DNA of 64,000 bases. Source: an uncultured Methanoregulaceae archaeon (lineage in GTDB: Archaea; Halobacteriota; Methanomicrobia; Methanomicrobiales; Methanospirillaceae). Numbering within the stretch: position 1 is the first letter of the stretch; the number at the start of each line of letters is the position of its first letter. The stretch lies in contig OY970343.1 in the NCBI GenBank assembly GCA_963717525.1, positions 448,001 to 512,000 on the forward strand. The letters run 5' to 3'. Of the stretch, positions 10,872-19,168 are shown in pieces. The translations under genes and the position numbers were made by a program. The notes under the pieces were generated by a model, which worked only from the letters and a program-made list of their open reading frames with translations, was not told the DNA's origin and did not search any database.

Positions 10872-11213
10872 ATGGGTAAGACAGGTACAACCCTCTGGTC
10901 ACAGGTTAAAGGTGTCAAGGGCCAGATCCGGCTCGTCCCCAAAAAAGAAGGCGAGCGCAAGAGCCCGGGACCCAACCAGAGATTCAGGTCCAGCGTCAAT
11001 TTAAAGAAGATCGATCAGGCTGCGGCCGAGGAGCAGCGCGGTGGCCGGGGCGGCGCACGGCGTGGTGGACGAGGAGGACGGGGTGGACGGCGCGGTGGCG
11101 ACCGGTCCGGCGGCTCGGGCATGAATGAGTCCACGGCAAGTCCGCTCATCCGCAGGCGCATGCGCCGGGCGAAAGTCTCCATGCTGGGCGCAAAGGCGAA
11201 GGCCGCGCGGTAA
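10872..11213 (+). CDS. Small basic RGG-repeat protein (DUF5350-like)
   Basis: MGKTGTTLWSQVKGVKGQIRLVP N-terminus, RGG-rich centre, preceded by AGGAG and a TTTAT box. Confidence 0.65.
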   Translation: MGKTGTTLWSQVKGVKGQIRLVPKKEGERKSPGPNQRFRSSVNLKKIDQAAAEEQRGGRGGARRGGRGGRGGRRGGDRSGGSGMNESTASPLIRRRMRRAKVSMLGAKAKAAR

Positions 11214-11227
11214 TACCGATACTATCC

Positions 11228-11289
11228 GCCGCTGTGATCAGCGGAATATGACGGGGGCAGGGTCCTGCTCCGTAATGGCCATTTTTTAA
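11228..11289 (+). terminator. Putative terminator: two short hairpins and a T-run
   Basis: CCGCTG-tgat-CAGCGG and ACGGGGGCAGGG/TCCTGCTCCGT stems followed by ATTTTTT, just after the 11213 stop. Confidence 0.35.
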
Positions 11290-11369
11290 CTGTTTCAGGA
11301 AATCAGTGAAGAACTCTGGTTTTTATCGGAAAGCGTTTGAATCATAATTATCATTTATCTCCAGCGACT

Positions 11370-11735
11370 ATGGTGAGTATGGATCTTCCAACCGCAGTGA
11401 AAAGTTACCAGTTTGGAGAACGGGCGAAATCCGAACTGATTGTCGTCTCCCAGCTCTGCTCGGCGCTTACCGGTTTTCCTGACACGCAAAAAAGCGGTGG
11501 CAGAAAAATGCTTCTTCTCCTCATGGAGCAGGTCAGGAGCGAGGTGGCCTTTGCTGCAAAGAGCACAGGTGAGAGAGAGTTCGAAAAGGCGATAAATGCC
11601 TTGAATGAAGCGATCTCTCTTGTCGAGAGCAACCAGCCCGAGCAGGCCGCAGAGAAGCTTGCCGCGGCCATCAGCGCGTCGACCACCCCGGCGCAGAATG
11701 CATGGCAGGTACTCTCCGAACATGGACTCCTCTGA
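11370..11735 (+). CDS. Conserved hypothetical helical protein
   Basis: Clean ORF overlapping the nitroreductase start; no motif recognised. Confidence 0.65.
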   Translation: MVSMDLPTAVKSYQFGERAKSELIVVSQLCSALTGFPDTQKSGGRKMLLLLMEQVRSEVAFAAKSTGEREFEKAINALNEAISLVESNQPEQAAEKLAAAISASTTPAQNAWQVLSEHGLL

Positions 11736-12249
11736 TTTTCTGGGGTTCCTTTCGGCCCGGTCTTCGGTGCGGGAATACGAGGAGACCCCGCTTTCCGAAG
11801 ATGAGATTACGTACATCATGTCCTGTGCCGGTACGGTGCCGAGTGCCGGCAACCTTGAGGCATGGGATGTCGTGGTAGTAACTGATGCCGAGCTACGGCT
11901 CGCGCTTGCGGAGGCGGCCTTCGGGCAGGAACATGTTGGAAAAGCCCCCGTGCTCTTCGTGGTCTGCGCCAACTACGTGCGTTCGATGTCTCAGTACGGC
12001 GAACGGGGCATCCTCTATGCGGTACAGGATGCAACCATTGCCTGCACGTACATGATGCTCGCCGCCCATGCACGCGGTCTTGCTACCTGCTGGACCGGGG
12101 CGTTTGACGAGGATGATGTGAGGGAAATCCTCGGGCTGCCCCCGCACGTACGGCCGCTTGTGATCCTTGCGGCAGGGCATGGCAGGCAGCCGATCCGTCG
12201 TGCAGAACGCATGGATATCGGGGAGCACGTCCACCACGATACGTGGTAA
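11722..12249 (+). CDS. Nitroreductase-family protein
   Basis: [32 protein letters not shown]. Confidence 0.9.
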   Translation: MDSSDFLGFLSARSSVREYEETPLSEDEITYIMSCAGTVPSAGNLEAWDVVVVTDAELRLALAEAAFGQEHVGKAPVLFVVCANYVRSMSQYGERGILYAVQDATIACTYMMLAAHARGLATCWTGAFDEDDVREILGLPPHVRPLVILAAGHGRQPIRRAERMDIGEHVHHDTW

Positions 12250-12281
12250 TGCGAGCAGGAATTTTTCGGGAGGAGAAAACT

Positions 12282-12620
12282 ATGCCGGACTATCTGGTGA
12301 CACTTGAATCAGCGTGGTACATCAAGGATGCAAAGTCACTTGACGATGCGATCGGGATTGCAATCAGCGAGGCGGGAAAACGGCTCAACCCCTCTGCAAA
12401 GTTTGTCGAGGTCGAGGCAGGCATGCTCGCCTGCCCGTTCTGCGACCAGGAACTCTCAAGCGCCATTGTGGTTGCCGATACTGCGCTCGTGGGGCTGGTT
12501 CTTGAGATGAAAGTATTCCGGGCCGAGTCAAAGGAGCACGCCGGCCGGATTGCAAAGTCGGTGATCGGGAAAGCACTCCACGAGATCCCCTTAAAACTGC
12601 TGGATGTGGAAGAACTATGA
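12282..12620 (+). CDS. DUF555 (UPF0212) family protein
   Basis: [40 protein letters not shown] upstream. Confidence 0.82.
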   Translation: MPDYLVTLESAWYIKDAKSLDDAIGIAISEAGKRLNPSAKFVEVEAGMLACPFCDQELSSAIVVADTALVGLVLEMKVFRAESKEHAGRIAKSVIGKALHEIPLKLLDVEEL

Positions 12621-13514
12621 TCCACGTTGTCGGCCACACCGCGGTCGATCACATCTCAAAGGTTCACCACCTCCCAGAACCGAACCAGTCCACCCATATC
12701 ACCGACCGGCAGGTTTTTTTCGGCGGCGGAGCAGCCAATATCGCGGCAGGGATAGCAACCCTTGGTGAAGCGGTTACACTCCATTCCTGTGTCGGAGACG
12801 ATTTTCCCGGGAGCGACTACGAGAAATGGATGGATACGGCAGGCATCCACCGGCAGTTTTTCGAAGTACCCGGGACCCATACGCCGACCGCGTTCATGTT
12901 CACCGATGAAGCGGGCAGCCAGATGACGTTCTTTGAATGGGGAGCCTCAAGGGCTTTTGCGACTGCGGAAGCCCCGGCGCTGCCTTTCGTTCACATGGCG
13001 ACAGCAGATCCCGAGTTTAACTGCCGGGTGGCGCAGAAGAGCGAATTTGTCTCGTTTGACCCGGGGCAGGATGTCTTCTGGTACACAAAGGAGCAGCTCG
13101 AATCCATTATCGCTAATACCGACATATTGTTTGCCAACCAGCACGAGGTGCAGCAGATGTGTACGACGCTTGGGGTGACAAAAGAGGAACTTATACACCA
13201 GGTCACGATGGCGATCTTCACGATGAGCGGTGACGGGAGTATGCTCTATCGGGGGGGTAAAGAGCATTTCATCCCGGCTGTCACGGTCACGCTCTGCGAC
13301 CCAACCGGCGCAGGGGACTCGGTACCGGGCCGGGTTCCTCTCCGCGTACGTCCGGGGCTATGCGCCCCTGACCTGCTGCAAAGTCGGGACGGTCACCGCG
13401 TCCTATGTTGTAGAGCATGCCGGCTGCCAGACGCACCTGCCCACCTGGACGCAGATGCTTGAACGGTACCGGAAAAACTTCGACACCCTTGAACCGGTGC
13501 CGCCAGTGGGGTAA
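12617..13514 (+). CDS. PfkB-family carbohydrate/nucleoside kinase, frameshift at ~13321
   Basis: [25 protein letters not shown] (PfkB signature split over two frames). Confidence 0.88.
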
Positions 13515-13571
13515 GATGGTGAGTTGGGCGGGAACCGATCGGTCCGGACTGATATTCGGGGGTTTTGCCTG

Positions 13572-15307
13572 ATGGCGATTGCAGGCGACGTCAAGCTTGG
13601 GCAGCTCACAAAATATCTCTTCACGGCGCCATCATGGCCGGTCTCGCTCCTTATCCTCATTCTCCTCGGCCTTATCATCGATGGCGCGAGCGCCCGTGCC
13701 TGGGTCTACCTCCCGTTCTCGGGTACGCTTGCCTTTACCATCCCGGCTATTGCCGCTTTTCTTTTCACAAAACCGATCATCGAGTATTCCGGCAAGACGA
13801 TGACCTGGAACCGTTCGGCACTCCTTGCCCTTGCCTGCACGGTCTTTGCGGTCATCATCACCTTCGCCTCGCTTGCCGGGGGATCCGGTTCCTCCCGCTC
13901 TTTTACGGGATCTCCCTTGGCTTTGTCTTCGGTCTTCGCCTCTTTGTGCTTGTCGCGATCTCGGATTACCGCCTGCCCCGGATGATCCTGCCGGCCGTTA
14001 CCCAGAGTGGTGTCGGCGTTATTGCCGGGTTCTTTCTCTTCTCGCCGGAATGGGCATTCTTCGCCATCGTCCTCCATATCGTCTTCGGTCTCGGTTTTGC
14101 GATCCTCATCTGGCTGATCGAGCGCCCGCTCTACCGCGCGTTCCACATACGGGGACTCGCGTTTGTCAATGCATTTATCGCCAACATGACGGACGGTTCA
14201 AAGGGCATGGAGAACTTCTTCCGCGAGATCGGGGAGGAGATCTTCGTGCCGCAGGTCTGCCTCTTCTTCCGCCGGCAAAAGAAGACCGCCCTCCTCTTTA
14301 CCGTCCCCAACCTTCACCCCGGCCCGATGGGCGAGATCGGGGGCGGCAACCTGCCCCGGGTCATTCATGACAAGATGGAGGAAGAAACGATGGTCCCCCA
14401 TGGCTGCGCATCGCACGACTTTAATCTGGTCTCCGAGAGCGAGATCCAAAAAGTGATCGGTGCAATTGAGCGTTCCAGAACGGACCGTATCTATGGACAG
14501 GGTGCAACACCGTCCTCCCGGCTCTCCTGCGGCACAGTCCGGATCCTGTACCAGCGGTTTGGCGATTCCATCCTGATGGTTTCGACCCGGTCACCCCAGA
14601 TGACCGAGGACCTCGATTACTCCATCGGAATGGCGATCATGGCCGAGGGTCATCGCTGGTTCCCGCACGTGGCGTTTGTTGATGCGCACAACTGCATGAC
14701 TGATCTTTCCTCCGCGGTGCTCCCGGCAACCCTGACCGCGATGGAGTACCAGCGCGGTGCGATCCAGGTAATGGAGGCCGCCAATAAGGCGGAGCTCCAT
14801 GCATTCTCGGTCGGCTATGCCCGCGAGCACCTTCCCTATTCCCGCGAGCAGGGATTCGGCGATCTCGGCGTGCAGGTGATGGTCGTTGAGACGTGCGGCC
14901 AGAAAACCGGCTACGTGCTCTTCGACGGCAACAACATGGCCTCCGGTGTCCGCGAGGTCCTGCTTGAGAAGATCCTTACCCTTGTCGATGCAGCGGAAGT
15001 GATGACGACCGATTCGCACGTAGTCAATACGATCACCGGTAAAAACCCGGTCGGCATGGAGATACCGGTAGAAACGTTTCTTCCTGCGGTCCTGCGTACC
15101 GTGCAGGCCGCCATCGATGATCTCGGGCCGGCCGAGTGTGCGGCAACCACGGCGCAGTGCGAACACGTGGTTGTCTTTGGATCCAACCGGATCTCGCAGC
15201 TTGCAAGCACCGTAAACGCGATGCTGATCTTCGTGGCACCGCTCTCGCTGGCGATGCTGCTTCTGGCGTTCTTCCTCTCGCTTGCAGCGTATGTGCTGAT
15301 GGTGTGA
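13572..15307 (+). CDS. DUF2070-family membrane protein, frameshift near 13880
   Basis: Multi-TM N-terminus; HPGPMGEIGGGNLP, HGCASHDFN, VDAHN, FDGNNM, TTDSH. Confidence 0.8.
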
Positions 15308-15319
15308 GGGAGGGGGCGA

Positions 15320-15865
15320 CATCCCCGATTTACCTGATCCGGGCTACGCTCATCCGGGCCCGAATTGAACCCGGATTCACCTTTTCTGGATCCAATCGGA
15401 GCCCGTATGGGGCTCCGTTTCAAAATAAGCCTGAATCAGCCTTATTTTGGCAATCGGGCGAATTAAAAGGTTCACATAAACGCGGTTTTCGGGCCGATCA
15501 CCAGGGAAACGGGCATTTGTTCGATCCCGAAATAAAAGGCTGAAAAACAGCCGCTAAGGCTTGTTTACGGGCATTATACGGTGCTTAATTTGGGCTTATT
15601 TTGGCAAATGGGGCAAAATAATCAGTTAGATTTTCCTCCTATGGAATCGGACGGTTTTACGGGCGTATTTTGGGGAGAATCATGAGAAGGATCACATTAC
15701 GATTCCTCCCCCCTCCTCACAACGCTCGGAGTCGTTTGGGCTTCCTGCCGGACCCTTGCCGGGCAAAGTGTTGTTTTCTCTCATTTGATCCGCCGCGGGG
15801 AGGTGCCCCGCCGGGGGCGGCGGAACTCCTCGCTTGTGGGGGTATGGGGATATCAGCCCCCATCT
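15320..15865 (+). repeat. Non-coding hairpin-rich dispersed repeat, copy 1 (body)
   Basis: Colinear with the reverse complement of 60759-61277. Shared blocks include GGATCCAATCGGAGCCCG, AATTAAAAGGTTC, GTTTACGGGCATTATA, GAATCGGACGGTTTTACGGGC and CCGCCGCGGGG..GTGCCCCG.CGGGGGCGGCGG. Confidence 0.85.
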
Positions 15866-15907
15866 TACGGATCGGCCAAAGCCAGAAACATGCTGCTTGG
15901 CTCATTG

Positions 15908-16296
15908 GCTGAGGATTCCGGAAAAAGAGCGGCTCAGGCAGCGGAAGATTTCGAATAATGTTCAGGTCCAGGGCTGAGAATTTCGGAAAAAGTTCGACCC
16001 GGTAACCGGACTTTTTGAAAAAAGTACGGAAACGTTGTTGAACTTTCTCAAAAAAGTCCGGTGAGGTTGCCAGACTTTTTATGAAAAAATAGGTATCCGG
16101 ATGTGCATTGTATCGTCTGAATCACCCGGACGATCTGCCGGATGTTCCGGAAAAATTCCGGTAACATTATCGAGCTTTTGTAAAAAAGTTCGGCAAGGTT
16201 CGTGGATTTTCCGGATAATGTCTGGTAAGGTTATCGAGCTTTTGTAAAAATGACCGGCACGCTTCGTAAATATTTCGGGAAAAGTCCGGCCCGTGG
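15908..16296. repeat. Degenerate 32-bp tandem array (~11 units) of imperfect palindromes
   Basis: Units start at 15908, 15941, 15973, 16005, 16037, 16069, then 16137, 16169, 16201, 16233, 16265. The core approximates CCGGACTTTTCCGGAAAAGTCCGG plus a ~8-nt linker. Confidence 0.8.
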
Positions 16297-16589
16297 GGTC
16301 CCCCGACCTGTTGACCGGCTCGCGGCCGGATCTATTGGGCAGACAGGAGATCACCGTATCCCATAGAGATCCCTGTCACGACGGAAACTCCACCGAATCC
16401 CCTGAAAATATTCCCCACATACATAATTTAGCATGATTTATCATCTCTTTTTCAAATCCGGGCCATTTGACCACAAGATATAAAAAAAAAGCGTGCATAA
16501 TCACGAATAGAGAAAGGAGGAAAAGGAACCAGAGCAGCACATATCGTGTAATGACAGTTTGTACCGCAGGCGAACTTGGGTAGGGAAAG

Positions 16590-17345
16590 GTGATTGAAGT
16601 TCATTTGACCACATACGCACCTGCCCGCTGGATCGGTGTTGACCTCAACACGACCGGCCACGCGGCTGTCGCCGCTGAACCGGACAGCGGGAAAGTCCTG
16701 AAACTGGGAAAAAACGTACACTATGTCCGCAGCAACTCCATCAAAAACTGCACGAAACTCTACAGGGAAGGAAAACTCTGGAAACTCAAGAAAGTAAAAA
16801 GCCGTGAGCGCAAGGCGTTCAAGGCAGCATTAAACAAAATCTCCCGGCAGATCGTATCCTTCGCGGAATCGCTCGGGTCGGGCATCAAATTTGAAAAACT
16901 CTTCTCCAGCCGTTACTCGCACTCCCACGATGCTGGCGGTTTTACCGAGTTCTCGTTCGGGAACGGATCGTTCTTTTCACTCCAGCGCCTCGTGGAAAAA
17001 ATGGCAGAAAAACGGGGCATTCCCGTCCTCTACGTGAACCCCGCATATACCTCGAAGCGGTGCAGCCGGTGCGGGAGTATCGGGCGGCGGAGCAGGAAAA
17101 GATTTGAATGCCCGCACTGCGGCTTTGTCGCCCATGCGGACGTGAATGCCGCCTTCAACATCGCGGTTACCTCGCGCCGGTCTGCCATCCTGGACCTCTG
17201 CGGGGAAGAGCAGGAGGACCAGATAAGGCTCACCAAGAAACAGGTGCGACGGCGTGCCCGCGAAGAGATCTTTATACTGCATCCCGGTGTCATGGGAGTT
17301 ACGGTTCCGGCCCCCTGCGAAAACCTGCTCGCGGTGCTGGAATAG
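16590..17345 (+). CDS. tnpB: TnpB (IS200/IS605 OrfB)-derived RuvC/Zn-ribbon protein lacking the N-terminal half
   Basis: IGVDLN (RuvC-I), KFEKL (RuvC-II), VNPAYTSKRCSRCG...FECPHCG (Zn finger), HADVNAAFNI (RuvC-III). Only 251 aa; no tnpA nearby. Confidence 0.88.
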   Translation: MIEVHLTTYAPARWIGVDLNTTGHAAVAAEPDSGKVLKLGKNVHYVRSNSIKNCTKLYREGKLWKLKKVKSRERKAFKAALNKISRQIVSFAESLGSGIKFEKLFSSRYSHSHDAGGFTEFSFGNGSFFSLQRLVEKMAEKRGIPVLYVNPAYTSKRCSRCGSIGRRSRKRFECPHCGFVAHADVNAAFNIAVTSRRSAILDLCGEEQEDQIRLTKKQVRRRAREEIFILHPGVMGVTVPAPCENLLAVLE

Positions 17346-17452
17346 CATCCCCCGGCATCGTCTTTTTTTCCCGTGACTTTAACGACGGCAGGATCCGGAT
17401 AAAACGGGGAAATGGAGAAAAGATTTCCCCATCAAGATGAAAAGATCTCTCT

Positions 17453-17794
17453 ATGACAGAACATAAGGGACTGCTCTACAGTTTTGCGTTATTCAAGCAG
17501 CGGTACACACGAGGAACCTCGTGGACCCAGATCCTTTTGAATTTTGGGATCATCACGGCAAACGCCAAACTTTTCGAGGACTTTTTCTACATTCAATTGG
17601 GCCTCACCCTGCCTATGGTCATTGCCCTCGCAGTGCCGTTTTATATCATCATCTGTTATATCATCGGGCACTATGATGAGAAGATTGGGTTCTGGCAGAT
17701 CGAGAACAACATGAGCTACCGGTTCACCCCCTACTCCGAGGAGATGCTCAATAGTATCCGGGAGATCAAAAAGAAACTGGACAAAGAACCGTAA
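17453..17794 (+). CDS. Small two-TM hypothetical membrane protein
   Basis: 113-aa ORF with two hydrophobic segments and a C-terminal amphipathic helix. Confidence 0.7.
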   Translation: MTEHKGLLYSFALFKQRYTRGTSWTQILLNFGIITANAKLFEDFFYIQLGLTLPMVIALAVPFYIIICYIIGHYDEKIGFWQIENNMSYRFTPYSEEMLNSIREIKKKLDKEP

Positions 17795-18126
17795 CCGGCA
17801 TTCATGCCTTTCGTTGGCCGCACAGAGTACTGCGGTTGGTCAGGCTTGTTTACCTGATATCATCCTTATTTTAAAGGATCCCGCCGGCATAGATCCCCGG
17901 GGATCTTCATCTCAGCAACGATTTCTCATGCCCCGTCATTCCGGGAGAACAGGGAACCGGCCGATTTGCTTATACCCCGGCTCTCTCATACAATTCAGGA
18001 AGACATCTGTAGGGCAGTGCGGGGAGAGCAGAGATGGCAAAACATCCGGGACGTTCTGCCGATCCGGGCCTGATGCCGTTATGACCCCCGGGTGGCAGAA
18101 CCGCACGACTGCCTGCGAGGGATAGG

Positions 18127-19002
18127 ATGCAGCTGACCGATGAATCACTCAGAAAGATTGCCGCGCTCCAGAGAAACGAGATCACTGAACATCTCATCTA
18201 CGAAAGAATCGCACAGGTAACCCCGGACTCCCACAACCGCGAAGTCCTGACCCGGATTGCCGGGGAAGAGGTCCAGCACTACAACATCTGGAAGCAGTAT
18301 ACGGGCCGGGATGTCGCTCCCAATCTTCTCCGGGTCTGGTATTACTATCTCATCGCCCGCCTGCTCGGGATGACCTTTGCGATCAAGCTGATGGAGAGCG
18401 TGGAGCAGGAGGCGCAGATCGGCGATCCGGCGCTCCTTGCCGAGATCCCTGAGCTGCCGTCTATGCTTTCAAACGAAGCAAAGCATGAACAGGAGCTTAT
18501 CAATCTGATCGATGAGGAACGGCTGAAATATGTCGGCTCCGTTGTGCTCGGCCTCAATGATGCACTCGTGGAGTTCACCGGCACCCTTGCCGGCCTGACT
18601 TTTGCGATTCAGGATTCCCGGATCATTGCGGTGGCCGGCCTGATCACCGGTGTTGCCGCATCGCTGTCCATGGCTGCCTCCGAATATCTCTCGCAGCGGT
18701 CTGATGAGACGACCGGCACAAACCCGAAGAAGGCTGCATTCTATACCGGGATGACATATATTGTAACCGTTGCCCTGCTGATCCTTCCCTTCCTTCTCCT
18801 GACAAGTCCGTATGTTGCGCTTGTCTTTACCCTTGTGGGGGCGGTTCTCGTCATCTTTGTTTTCACGTTCTACATCTCTGTGGCAAAGGATCTGCCTTTC
18901 TGGAAACGCTTTGCCGAGATGGCCGCCATCAGCCTTGGGATTGCGGCAATCTCCTTTGTGATTGGCCTTGTGATCAGGGTCCTGCTGAATGTGAACGTAT
19001 AA
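18127..19002 (+). CDS. VIT1/CCC1-family metal transporter with an N-terminal ferritin/rubrerythrin-like domain
   Basis: ExxH motifs (EEVQH, NEAKH); VLGLNDALVE, ASLSMAASEYLS; five TM segments. Confidence 0.88.
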   Translation: MQLTDESLRKIAALQRNEITEHLIYERIAQVTPDSHNREVLTRIAGEEVQHYNIWKQYTGRDVAPNLLRVWYYYLIARLLGMTFAIKLMESVEQEAQIGDPALLAEIPELPSMLSNEAKHEQELINLIDEERLKYVGSVVLGLNDALVEFTGTLAGLTFAIQDSRIIAVAGLITGVAASLSMAASEYLSQRSDETTGTNPKKAAFYTGMTYIVTVALLILPFLLLTSPYVALVFTLVGAVLVIFVFTFYISVAKDLPFWKRFAEMAAISLGIAAISFVIGLVIRVLLNVNV

Positions 19003-19168
19003 GGGTGCAGACCCCCCGGCACCTGCCCCTTTTTACCACGGTGTTGTGATCCCTCCCTTTCACCGGCCTAGCAATCCCTGACCGGCCGGCAGGAGAAAAA
19101 AGAGATGGGCTTTTTACTGATAACAACATTCATGAACACATACGGCAATCCACGCCGACTGCAGCCCT

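Noticed and set aside
15908..16296. CRISPR array paired with TnpB as a Cas12-like system
   Set aside because: Units are degenerate along their whole length with only ~8-nt linkers; there is no invariant repeat, no unique spacers and no cas gene.
15670..16354. Short ORFs inside the repeat element (also 60587-61019)
   Set aside because: Reading frames are not conserved between the two copies and show no recognisable motifs.
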